The notes under the pieces were generated by a model. That model saw only the letters and a program-made list of their open reading frames with translations, was not told the DNA's origin and did no database searches. Below are positions 1 to 11,907 of a stretch of DNA of 64,000 bases, in pieces. This stretch comes from Octopus vulgaris (Eukaryota). Within the stretch, counting starts at the first letter, position 1; each line of letters starts with the position of its first letter. The DNA lies in assembly GCA_951406725.2 (NCBI GenBank), contig OX597819.1, forward strand, positions 88,908,001 to 88,972,000. Direction: 5' to 3'. Position numbers and translations under genes: made by a program.

Positions 1-350
1 CTGGGATCAATATAATCGACTAACCCTTCCCCTGAACTTGCTGGCCTTGTGCCAAAATTTGAAATCAATAATAATAATAATAATAAGAAGAATAATAATG
101 ATAATAATAATAATAATAATATTTGTAAAGAAAATCCCTCAAAGAAATTGAGTTCATTCTGTCAAAAGAAGCATTAAAAAAAAAACCTCACCCACTTATA
201 TACAAGTAGTACAACAAGACAAAAATAACCAGATTCTATAACAGAAATTTATCATTCTGCTACTGCATTGTAAACATTTTTTACAGGCAGTAGTGTCACC
301 ACACATACATGTGCTTGTGTGTGTGTGTTACACGTAAACATAACTTTTTA

Positions 351-711
351 TCTTTTCCTTGTTTCATTCATAGGATTGCAGCCATGCTGGGGCACCACCT
401 CAAAGGGTTTTAGCCAAATACATCAACCCCAGGACTTATTTTGTAAGTCTGGCACTTATTTCAGTAATCTCTTTTGCAGAACTGCTAGATTACAGGGATA
501 TAAACCAACACCAGTTGTCAATCAATGAGGGAGAACAAACTCAAGCATACACATGACAGGGTTCCACATAGTTTCTGCCTACTAAATTCACTCCCAAGAC
601 AATGGTCAGACCAGGGCTATAGTATGATACAAACTCGAAGTGCAACACAGTGGGACTGAACCCAAAACCACATGGTTGCAAAATCTGCTTGTTAACCATA
701 CAGCTATGCCT
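351..711 (-). mobile_element. tRNA-headed SINE, family A (diverged copy)
   Basis: Reverse complement matches the repeat at 6951-7325 and 46806-47180: B-box-like GGTTCAGTCCC head and ...GAAACAAG..AAAAGA tail. Confidence 0.8.
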
Positions 712-1103
712 ACATACATATTTGCATAAATATATTTATATGATGGACTCTCCTATCGAAGACAATGTATGAGTGTTCAGCTTTTGCCAGATGACCTGCA
801 CAAATGATTTGATTTGTTTATAGTGATCAAATGTATGTGCCATACATTAGCTCACTCTCTCTCCATCAAATCGACATTGCCTGAACAGATGCACAGTGTA
901 CCCATGCATCAAGGTCATCATGATTGCAAAGCAATGTAAGATCAAGTGCTTTGCTCAAGAGTGCAACACCCTAACCACTAAGCCATGCATCCTCACATAT
1001 CTATCTATTTATATATATATATATATCATGCTAGCATGGAAAACGGACGCTAAATGATGATATATATATAATCAAAATAAGCAACAAGGATATCTAGAGG
1101 TAA

Positions 1104-1195
1104 TGCAGTACAATCGTTTCATGCGACTCAATTTAATTGAACAATGCAATCATTTCATTACATCAATTTAAAACGTAGAGCAATCTTCAGCTGCA
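1104..1195 (-). ncRNA. Type I hammerhead ribozyme-like motif (enlarged stem II)
   Basis: Minus strand reads TGCAG-CTGAAGA-ttgc...gcat-GAAAC-GATT-GTA-CTGCA. Stem I TGCAG/CTGCA is perfect, the core is canonical, and the cleavage triplet is GUA. Confidence 0.55.
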
Positions 1196-1303
1196 CAAAG
1201 ACATAGAATTTAATTAAATAAGGACATATTAGTATAATTTTGGAGATTTTGAGTAAAATTATACCAATATGCCCTTCTAATTTAATTAAATTCTATGTCT
1301 TTG

Positions 1304-1395
1304 TGCAGCTGATGATTGCTCTACATTTTAAATTGATGTAATGAAATGATTGCATTGTTCAATTAAATTGAGTCACATGAAATGATCGTACTACA
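1304..1395 (+). ncRNA. Type I hammerhead ribozyme-like motif (second copy, degenerate)
   Basis: TGCAG-CTGATGA(1309-1315)...GAAA(1379-1382)-TGATCGTA-CTACA. The two-copy consensus gives a palindromic stem III ACGATCGT. Confidence 0.45.
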
Positions 1396-1639
1396 TTACC
1401 TCTGGATATCCTTGTTGCTTATTTTGATTTTAATCACCTTATTTTGAAATTGTATGGATAATACCATGCTAAATTCTGGTGCCTCAACTTAAGTATCATA
1501 TTCATCTGAATCTAAATTTTACATACACACATATACACATAAATACACATACAGAGTGTGAAGGGTATTAAAGAACATTTAATTATCAGTATATCGTTCT
1601 CTTTAAACCAATTAGGTTTTTATTTCTTTCAAATCCCCG

Positions 1640-1864
1640 ATGGCAGATAAAATGGTAACACAAGAAATGGAAAGACATGCAGTCATTGTTGTCATATGTG
1701 TGGAATACAGCGATTTAAAAATTGCCAACTTTCTAAATGTTGTAAGATCTTTTGTACACAAAGTTCAGATGGAAATGAAAGCCTCTGGCAAAAATGTTTC
1801 AGCTGCATCAAAGAGAAAAAGACAATCTACACAGACACTCAAAAAGCTTGCAGAGGCTATTTGA
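1640..1864 (+). pseudogene. Tc1/mariner-superfamily transposase N-terminal (HTH) relic
   Basis: ORF ...RHAVIVVICVEYSDLKIANFLNVVRSFVHKV...KRKRQS resembles the paired-like HTH N-terminus of Tc1/maT-type transposases. It is truncated. Confidence 0.55.
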
Positions 1865-1973
1865 AGGAAGAAACCGAACAAGCAATTGAATGCATTTCAC
1901 ATTTAGCATGACAATACATGACTACCAACATTTTTGGCAACAAATCAGGCAATCAGTAAATCATGCTTGTTGG

Positions 1974-2183
1974 TACAGTTTGGATTTGGCAGCTTCCGAC
2001 TTTCACCTGTTCAGTTCAATTAAGGATGGTCTTCGGGAATGATTTTATGACACACTGACAAGGTGAGAGAGGTTGTGAACAAGTGGGTACAACAGTGCAC
2101 ACCTGAAATGTTGTAGAAGAGGATTCAAGAATTGGGTTAATTGATGGCACAAATGCATCACTTGCAGGGAAGATTATGTTGAT
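1974..2183 (+). pseudogene. mariner transposase C-terminal relic
   Basis: Reads YSLDLAASDFHLFSSIKDGLR (cf. mariner YSPDLAPSDFHLF), then with stops and frameshifts VNKWV...RIQEL...WHKCITCREDYV. Confidence 0.8.
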
Positions 2184-2511
2184 TTGTACCTTTGTGCAGA
2201 GGAAGAGTTACCCTGCTAATGATGTAGGTCATTTAATAGAAAAAGTTACCCTTACTTGTGAACTACTTTTGATACACCCACCCCATATATATATGTGTGT
2301 GTATATGCATATACACAAACACATATTTAAACAAGAATATTGTAGATAGTGACTTCAAAGTTTTGGCCAGTTAAGCCATTGCTGGACTGCTTATATAAGT
2401 GTGTGTGTGTGTGTGTGTGTGCATGTGTGTACACAAACATATCTATCTATCTATCTATCTATATCTATATACATACATACATTAATATACTGATATATAC
2501 ATTCACGTGCA

Positions 2512-2542
<31 letters not shown>

Positions 2543-2656
2543 GACATACAAAAGCATAATGTCTACATGGTTCATATACATGCCACTGCTGATTATGAAT
2601 TATTTCTCTTAACTCATTTTTGTTTGATATATACATATATGCTTACACATACAAAC

Positions 2657-2691
<35 letters not shown>

Positions 2692-3478
2692 TATGCAAAT
2701 ACATACACATAACATATACATACATTATATACATATCAGCAGTGGTGCCCCAGCATGGCCACGGCCTTCGGGCTAAAACATTTTTAAGGATTAAGGATAT
2801 ATATAAAGATATAACATAAATGCAAAGACACACACACACACACACACACACACCATATCCCCTAGAATGCAATAGATTAGACTGTTCTCAGTGTTCATTC
2901 CTAACTTAAACAAGTCTGAGAACAAAGAACACTTGTTACACCTATTCTCAACCTAAATAAAGGAAAGAATAAAAACAAAAACAAAAAAAAAAGAAACAAA
3001 GAAAGAACAACAAATGTATTTGACATTTGAAGATATAACTCAATCAGTCAGCAATTAGAGTTGAGAAACAAAGAGGGGAAGGAAATATGGTAGGATTTTA
3101 GTGAAAAAATATACTTTTGAAGCCTATATGTTGAAGAAAAAGAAAAATCAGGATATGTATATGGAAAAAACAAATACATTGTATTTATAGGTCAAGAAGT
3201 TGACAGCATTTTTCAGATAACCACAGTAATTATGGTAAAAAACATTTGCCAAAAATTTTAAACACTTTGATAGTAGTTACCCTGAAAAGGAAACAGAACC
3301 TGACAATAAATCTAGTTTTTGGAGACCTACAAGTGTATATAATTTTTAAGCTATTATTTAGGGTGTCAAGATGTCTGAAGCTCTCTTTTCTTTTTCTTTA
3401 TTTTATTTTATTCTATTTTTTTTTCCTCTCTTTCTTCTGATTGCTTTCTGTTCTTAAAACAAAACGTAATACTAATAC

Positions 3479-3532
3479 CTCGGTAGCTTTGTTGCAGTGG
3501 GTGCCAACCTTGAAACAGGGGTTCTTTAAGGT
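3479..3532 (-). CDS. Candidate 54-nt internal exon of an unidentified host gene
   Basis: Minus strand: poly-T, tactaag (branch-like), ttttcaatctAG | 54 nt | GTatta. Open in phase 0 (TLKNPCFKVGTHCNKATE) and phase 1 (xLKEPLFQGWHPLQQSYR). Lies in repeat-poor DNA. Confidence 0.35.
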
Positions 3533-4578
3533 CTAGATTGAAAACTTAGTAAAGGAAAAAAAAAAAAAAAAAAAAAAAACACTTGAGGATAACCTTATTA
3601 ACAGACTTGTCAAAATAATAATAATAATTGATAAATAAATAAATGTTTTAGAATTCTTTATTGCTTTACTGACACTTAGCAAATGACAAAAATAAATACT
3701 GGAGGCTTGATATCAATTTCAATTTGAATTTTGAGACTCTGAAACAGTCTTATTACTTAAACTCTGTTGTGTCAATCAATGCCTTTAATGCTTACACAAA
3801 CTTGAATAATCAATTAGTTTTGAGATTTCCATTCTTGTTTAGCTTCACTCCTTGTGTAGCCTATGTGTCAACCCAATTCAAAAGAGAGGATAATTGCTTA
3901 CTGAAGGTGAAAAGTCCTGCAAATTTAAATGTTACATTCCATACTGTGTGTATGTGTTTGTGTGTATGTGTGTTTGTGTTTGTGTGTGTGTACCCCACAG
4001 AAATGTTGTTTGAGCTTAATGATTGTAGACTGCCACCTTATCTCTCATAGGAAATGTAATGAGAACTGTGAAATCAGGAACTGATAAACAATGGCTTTAG
4101 TTGATATGGTGTCAGTTCAGTTTATAGCAGTCACTGCAATCTCATTCCAGGTTATCAAAATGTGAGAAAATCTCATAAAGTCATGGCTTGTTCATAACAT
4201 TTACAAAGAAACAAACATTTGTATTTATAAATTTCATTTTTGCTATCACTTATATTCAGCATGTGTAATAAATTCTCTTTATTTTTTAACTCACTTTTGT
4301 CATGTTTTGAAAGTATTATAGCAAAAAAACAATGTTTACTCAATAATGTTATCCGAGAAATGTCCAGTTAAATTAACAGTTTACACATCAAACAAATTTG
4401 ATGTTGGATCTCATTATGAAGCCTTTCAGAAACTTACTAATAGTTTAATGATTTCAAATTTTGGGACAAAACCAGCAATTTTTATCTCTCTCTTAACATG
4501 GGAAAATGGAAAATGATAAAGGTGAAAAAAAAAATGAAAGAAAACAAAAGAAAAAGGAGAAAAAACATGATAAAGTTA

Positions 4579-4945
4579 GGGATGGCTGTGTGGTAAGAAG
4601 TTTACTTTTCAACCACAAGGTTCTGGGTTCTGTACCACTGTGTGACACCTTGGGCAAGTGTCTTATAGCCTTGGGTTGAGTAAAGCCTTGTGAGTGGATT
4701 TGGTAGATGGAAACTGAAAGAAGTGCATCATATATATGTGTGTGTCTTTAGGTCTGTGTTTGTCCCCCACTGCCGCTTGATAACTGGTGTTGGCTTGTTT
4801 TCACCCCTTTAACTTAGTGGTTCAGTAAAAGAGACTAATAGAATAAGTACCAGGCTTTAAAAAAAAAGTACTTAAAAGTAACTTAAAATTCCTGAAGGTG
4901 GTGCCCCAGGATGGCTAAAGTATAATGACTGAAACAAGTAAAAGA
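4579..4945 (+). mobile_element. SINE family A
   Basis: ATGGCTGTGTGGTAAG head, CACCTTGGGCAAGTGTCTT core, GACTGAAACAAGTAAAAGA tail. Confidence 0.85.
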
Positions 4946-6043
4946 TAGAAGATAAAAGGAAAAGGTGATGAAAGAAAAGGGAAAAAAATTAAAGAAAGGA
5001 AGCAGGAAGGAAATGAAGGGCGGAGGAAGAAGTAGAAAGAAGAAAGGGGAAAAGGAGAAAGAAGGGAGATGAAAGAAAAAGAGGAGAAATGGGAAAAGGA
5101 ACACAGGAAAAAATCCAAGAATGAAGAAAATTGAAGGAAAAAGATGAAGAGAAAGAAGAATAAAAGGCTGAAAGAAAGAAGAGCAAAGAAGACAAAAAAA
5201 AAGCAAAAGGCAATGACCTATTTACTTAAAAATAGGGGTCAAATCACACACCAGGGCAGGATCTTGTTTCCTTTTTATAGCAGACTTTAATGACTCCCAC
5301 CCACCCACATTTTTGTGATTTCTTTTATTTTACATTGGGACATCACTTCAAGTACCAAGTTACTAATTGAGGGATTATAGTTTGTAGAAATACAGGAGGA
5401 AAATTGTAAACAATATGGCACCCAAATCAGAAAAAAAGGATGTTTTTATACATTCCTTCATCCATTCCATCATAAAATTTTATCAGACTCAGATTTCCAA
5501 TAATTGAAAAAGATGAAATAAAACATTAAAAAAACCTTATCATAAAAAACAAAAAAAAAGCCCCAATGACAAGTCTTACTTTTACGAATTCTAACTTTTT
5601 TTTTTTTTTTGGTTACTGACAACCTTCTATGAACAGGAATATGTTCGACAGTGCTCCAACTATGACCATTCTGTCTTTTAAGAAGTAGTTAGGACTACAT
5701 TATTCGAAATGTTCTTCCTCTTTCATCTAAGGTAGGATGTGATTCAAAGGAGATTTGGCTGCTATTTTTAACAGGTTAAGCAACCACTTCAATGCTTCTA
5801 TATATTTTTAGTTGTGTTAATCATTAGATAGCAACCATGCTGAAGCATATCACCTTGAAGAGTTTAGTGGAACAAACTGGCCCCAATATTTATCTTTTAT
5901 CAAGTTTGGTACTCAGTCTGTTGGTCTCTTTTGTCAAACAACTAAACTACAGGGACATAAACAAACCAATACCAGTTGTCAACAGTGGTTGAGGATAAAT
6001 ACTAAAATAGACATATGCATATATATATATATATATATATATA

Positions 6044-6443
6044 TTCAGTAAAAAACAATTAAGATTCAAGTGAGTTCCAATGAATTCACATGAATGCGGT
6101 ACTTAACTTAGATGCATCAGAAATCTATATGGTATTAACCATAAAATAATGTGGGGTGATTATAAACAAGAAAAAAGCAACAAAAATGGATTAGTTGTTC
6201 AGTACAATTGTTTCATACGAAGAACAGCTTTATTAAAAGCTGCAAATATTGCAGCAAATATAAGTGTCCCGTATTCATCAGCCAAAACACATATGAGTTT
6301 TCCAAACATCCTAGGGGGTGAGGCTACACTCATGAAGTATTGAAGAGAGTTATATAAAAAGCAAAGTTAGATTGTAAGCAGACTCCAAAAGTTCTCTAAT
6401 GATGCACAGTTTTATAATCCATTCTTGTTGCTTTTTTCTTGTA
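6044..6443 (-). mobile_element. Penelope-like pseudo-LTR fragment with hammerhead motif
   Basis: Bounded by (TA)n on both sides. ~6417-6443 is an inverted copy of ~6165-6192. Same family as 1070-1520. Confidence 0.6.
6198..6286 (-). ncRNA. Type I hammerhead ribozyme-like motif
   Basis: Minus strand reads TTTGG-CTGATGA-ATACG[50 nt]CGTAT-GAAAC-AATT-GTA-CTGAA. The stem II base is perfect, stem III is palindromic (ACAATTGT), and stem I is 5 bp with G.U pairs. Confidence 0.65.
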
Positions 6444-6582
6444 CATATATATATATATATAGAATAAAACTTATATATAAAGGACGTGAAATTCACGAAT
6501 TGACAAACACAGAAAAACGGACAGTAATTCAGAGCCTTCATTCTTCAGTCAGACACCGATTCATCGTGGCAAATTTCGGCTG

Positions 6583-6615
<33 letters not shown>

Positions 6616-6882
6616 TAATAAATAAAACATATGCATATATATAAACATATATGTACGTACCTACCTCTACATGTATATATACACGCATATATGAGTACAG
6701 GACACCAAACAAACGTCGAACACAATGAGAAACAAAAACAGAGACCCAAGGAACTGGACATTTTTTTTAAACAACAAAAAAATAGAGTACAGGACAATTA
6801 ACACAAAGAAAAAACCCCTTCTTCAGTTGCCATGGTTTCATCTACTCTACGTTTATATATATACACACACGTACAAACACAC

Positions 6883-6922
<40 letters not shown>

Positions 6923-6950
6923 GTACAAATACACAGATATATATATATAT

Positions 6951-7325
6951 AACCAACCACATGGTTCCGGGTTCAGTCCCACTGCGTGGCATCTTGGGCA
7001 AGTGTCTTCTGCTATAGCTCCGGGCCGACCAATGCCTTGTGAGTGGATTTGGTAGACGGAAACTGAAAGAAGCCTGTCGTATATATGTATATATATATAT
7101 GTGTATGTGTGTGTGTTTGTGTGTCTGTCCCCTAGCATTGCTTGACAACCGATGCTGGCGTGTTTACGTCCCCGTCACTTAGCGCTTCAGCAAAAGAGAC
7201 CGATAGAATAAGTACTGGGCTTACAAAGAATAAGTCCCGGGGTTGATTTGCTCGACTAAAGGCGGTGCTCCAGCATGGCCGCAGTCAAATGACTGAAACA
7301 AGTAAAAGAGTAAAGAGTAAAGAGT
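6951..7325 (+). mobile_element. SINE family A, well-conserved 5'-truncated copy
   Basis: B-box GGTTCAGTCCC, retained CpGs, internal (TA)/(TG) tract, (GAGTAAA)n tail. Confidence 0.9.
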
Positions 7326-8491
7326 ATATACACACATACATACAAGCACATACACACACAATTTACCCATTGCACCCTGTATATATGTGCCACGTAAAAC
7401 ACTCTAAGTCCACTCTGCTGGATGGTTTGTATTAGGAAGGGCATCCAGCTGTAAAAATCATGCCAAAATAGTCACGGAAGTTTGGTGCAGGCTTCTGCCT
7501 GGGTGGCTCCTGTCAAACCATCCCACCCATGCCAGCATGGAAGGCAGACGTTAAACCATGATGATAATGATGACACACATACAAGCACAAGTTTTTGTGT
7601 TAAAGGTTTAGTTACAAGGATGTGTAGTATCTATAGCTTTGTGAGGTCCTCAAAATCTGTGATGATTACGTAGAACTAGTGGAATTACATAAATGCTCTT
7701 ACATTTATTTTCCAGACTCTACTTTCTGAAGGTACTAAGTTAAAATCTAGATGTCAATTTAACCTACTCTCATATTGATCTGTCACATTGATGATCAAAG
7801 ATCTATATGTCGTAGCCATTGAGAAAGAAGGAAGAAAAGAAGAATAAAAGGAAGAAGAGAGAGAGAGAGGGAGAGAGAGAGGAGGGGAAGGAAGGAAAGA
7901 AAACTGAATAAATGATGTAGAAAGAAAAGAAATGAAGGAAAAAAGAAGAGAAGAATTGGAAGAAAAAAACAAGAAAGGAAGGAAATTGAAATGAAAGTAA
8001 ATATAAGGAAGAAAGGAAAAAAGATAGATAGAAAAAGCAAAAATAAGTGAGAAATTTACAAAGAATTCAAACGGATTAAAATACCATTTTAATGACTACA
8101 ATAAACCATAATGAACACAATAACAAGCTAGTGAAGATAATTATATAAATGGCTTAATGATCTAATTAAAACTAATATTCAATTGCTTCTACATTATATC
8201 ATTAGCACGGAATAGGTTCTGAAAATGAAATACCAAACACTTGAAGTTTGTAAAGGAATAATTATTGTCTGAAATAATGTTTTCAGAGTGCGGAGGCTAC
8301 CATTTTTAAAAGGCTACCACCGCCAAAACACACACACACAACTGAGCCATAGAAACCAAACCAAAGTGACATGTGCCCCTCCGACCTATCTAGCAGAGTA
8401 GCAATATCCATCCAACCCCTGTCAGCCAGCATAGAAAACAGACATAAAACAATGATTGTGTGTATGTAAGTATATGTATGTGTATGTGTGT

Positions 8492-8853
8492 ATGGCTGTG
8501 TGGTAAGAAGCTTGCTTTCCAACCACATGTTTCAGTCCCACAGTGTGTCATCTTAGGCAAGTGCCTTCTACCATAGCCTTGGGCCGACCAAAGCCGTGTC
8601 AGTGGATTTCATAGATGGAAACTGAAAGAAGCCCATTGTGTGTGTGTGTGTGTGTCTTTAAGTCTGTGTTGTCCCCATACCTTTGCTTGACAACCGACGG
8701 TGTGTTTATGCCCCAGTAATTTAGCGGTTTGGCAAAAGAGACCAATAGAACAAGTATTAGGCTTACAAAGAATAAGTCCTGGAGTCGATTTGTTCGACTA
8801 AAACTCTTTAAGGTGGTCCTCCAGCATGGCTGCAGTCTTACGACTGAAACAAG
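8492..8853 (+). mobile_element. SINE family A
   Basis: Matches 6951-7325 along its length. Confidence 0.85.
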
Positions 8854-9229
8854 AATATATACTCATACACATATGCGTGCACACACACACACATGCCATA
8901 TTTACTTAGGTATGTGTCATATTATTTTATACTAGAATTAAACTCAAAAAGCTGGGGTGTGATCTATACACAGAGCAAAGCTAAAACTACGATAGGAAAA
9001 AATTTTGTATACCAAGATTTAATCCTGAATTAGAGGTGTGACTTATACAAGAGTATCCTCTACAAGAATTTGCTGTGACTCACCTTCTTTTTATAGTTTA
9101 ACCCCATGTCCCCTAGCATGAAGCTGATACCCCATCTCCCCAGGGTTCTTAATTCTGCAAGCCCCAGAATGACCACAATAGTACAAGTGGCACAAAAAAG
9201 GCACTGCCTTGAATAATTATAGTCATATA

Positions 9230-9505
9230 AATCAACCCTAGCAAATTTGTTTTTTTTTATCAGTTTCTTTTTGCCAAACTGCTGAGTTACAAGGATGTAA
9301 ACACACCAATACCAGTTGTCAAGCAGTGGTGGAAGAGAAATACAGACACATGACAAGCTTCTTTCAATTTCCAACTACCAAATCCACTCACAAAGCTTTG
9401 GTTGGCCTAAGGCTATAGCAGAAAACATTTGTACAAGGTACTATGTAGTGGGACTGAACCCGGAATCATGTGGTTAGAAAGCAAACCAATTACCACACAG
9501 CCACA
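9230..9505 (-). mobile_element. SINE family A
   Basis: Reverse complement of the family A head and body (CCACACAGCCA at the 5' end). Confidence 0.8.
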
Positions 9506-11196
9506 CCGGATATATCCATTTACTTGTTGCAAGAAAGAATAGTCGATACCAAAGTAGGAATTAATAATATTTTTATTTTAGTTCAGTCACAAATGAAACT
9601 CAGAGTAGCAAAATAAAAAATATTACATGCATGCGTGTGCACGCGCATGCACATGCACACACACACACACACACACACGCACCAAAGCTGGTGATTCACC
9701 TCTCATTATTACTCCACTACTCAGAGTTTTTCACTTTCACAAGTCCATTCTTGTATGAAAGAAATTCTGTAGTGTAATGGAGTAAATTCTGTGCTTTAAG
9801 TAAATAAATTCTATCTACCACCGTATGTATTGAGTATTTTCCTTCTTATTTGTACAGATACAAACACACATGCTCTCTCTCTCTCTCCACCTCTTAATTT
9901 TCTATGCTTCAATCCCACCCTATACCATTTCCAACATTCCTGCCCTCCCTCCCTCCACCCATCTTTCTTCTACACCAATTTCAATATAGTATGTAATGTA
10001 TTAAAGTAACAAATATTGAAATAATATAAAAATGTCAATATCAAATGTTTATCTTTCTTGTAGTAATTTCTTTGAAGTTGATTAAATTTGACTTTTCAGA
10101 TCATTACAATTTTTCCTGAAATTCTCAATCTGTTTGGAATATAAAAGAAATTCTTAATTCTTTCTTATTTACTTGAGCAGTGGATTAGCAGAGCAAGTTA
10201 AATGTCGGACAAAATGCCTGGGGGTCTATAATTATGGTACTTTATGCTCAGAGTTCAAATCCTACAAAAGTAATTTTGCTTTCATCTTTCCGGAAGTCAA
10301 GTGCTACAGTTGATATATACTCCTATAATGCATCTCAGATGTGAATGGAACTATAAGAGAAGACCACTTAAATTACCTTCCTGCCTTAATATTGATTTCT
10401 GACATAGGCACAAAGGTTTCAGGTTTTGCAGATAGGGTATAGCTGATTGAATCGACCACAGTAATTGACTGGTGCTGTAGTTCACAGATCCCATAAGGAA
10501 GAAAGGCAAAGTTTACCTTGCTAGTATTTTAATTCAGGAAGTGAATGAATCTAACTAAATACGGCAAAACATTTTGGCCCAGTGCTTTAACAATTTTGTC
10601 AATCACTGAATGTACTATGCTTCTTTAAATATACAAATTTGCACACATAAGCATGACTGTGTGCACACACACACAATGTTCTAGAAATTCATGAAAATAT
10701 ATGTGGCTCTGTTTCTGATAAGTCTATGTATATCTTATAGCAGTCATTAACAAACTGTGGTTTGCAGCACTTTTTGAATTGCAGGCCAATGAAAAATTAT
10801 CTTGAATTTTTTTTTATTATGAGTGCAGTCCACCTGCATTTGTTTATGAGAGAAAGAGAGCAAGACAAAGATCTAATATGTGTGTTTTATGAGAGGGAGA
10901 ATCCAAGTATGTCTGTAAATGGGTAATTGTATTTATGTGTGTGTGTGTATATAACTTGTACTATTAGTTAATATGGTTACAGTAAAGGGCACACTGGAGT
11001 TGGGATTGAACTTAGAACCATGTGGCTGTGAAGCTAACTTGATAATATATATATATTGCCCATATAATACAGTAAATGAATTAATTGCATTGCAATTCTT
11101 AACATTTATGTATTAACTTTGCTGGGTACTTCACTGGCAATATATTGGATATATATTATCCCATGGAGGGTTGCATTTACAACCCCTATCTCAATT

Positions 11197-11230
<34 letters not shown>

Positions 11231-11654
11231 AGGGAAAATAAGAAAATAGAGATAAAATTGATAATTGATAAACATAATTTTTATTTATTGATTACAAAAA
11301 AGACAATATCTTATCTAACAACTGTTTCTGTTCATGCTATAATAATAATTTCTTTTCCTTACCTATCAGGTATGAGTAGTAATACTAATACTCATGATCA
11401 CATACAGGTAATATACCAGTAATTCATTGGATATAAATATCCCTTAAATGGTTTTTACAACCTCTAATTGAACTCACCTCTATACATATATATCCCCTGT
11501 ACATACATAGACTTGTGCTTCTTTGTGGTTAAGAGGGTTTTTACCTCTTATTTCTAGCAATGTAGGTGCTACCCTTCACCGCCAGTCATAATTAGTGACA
11601 ACTGAATTCTTCCTTTTTTGGTTTTATATTGCTTATAGCCACCTTTGTTATATA

Positions 11655-11714
<60 letters not shown>

Positions 11715-11844
11715 TAAAAACGGTAAGATAACAAAAGAAAGAAAGAGACCTCAATATTATGTAAATAGAGGAAATTCATCTGTAAAATAATATGTGACAA
11801 TTATTCAATAGCCAAGATACCGAAAGATAAAGATAAAGATGGCC

Positions 11845-11907
11845 AGATAACTGAAGAGATGGTGTTGTGGATTTCCACCTCGCCATCCGAAACTCAGAGT
11901 TTTATCT
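11845..11907 (+). ncRNA. Type I hammerhead ribozyme-like motif associated with a 39-bp inverted repeat
   Basis: AGATAA-CTGAAGA(11851-11857)-GATGGTG...CGCCATC-C-GAAA-CTCAGAG-TT-TTATCT. Stem I is a perfect 6 bp; stem II is 7 bp with one extra C. Perfect IR at 11781-11819/11903-11941. Confidence 0.6.

Larger units (their letters stand above)
1070..1520. mobile_element. Penelope-like pseudo-LTR fragment with 150-bp inverted duplication and hammerhead motifs
   Basis: Arms 1070-1219 and 1280-1429 are near-identical reverse complements. 1410-1515 is homologous to the reverse complement of ~6080-6190. The element starts immediately after a (TA)n tract. Confidence 0.65.

Noticed and set aside
11300-11375. 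Possible minus-strand hammerhead (GAAACAGTTGTT)
   Set aside because: No CUGANGA core or stem I partner found upstream; at most a decayed remnant.
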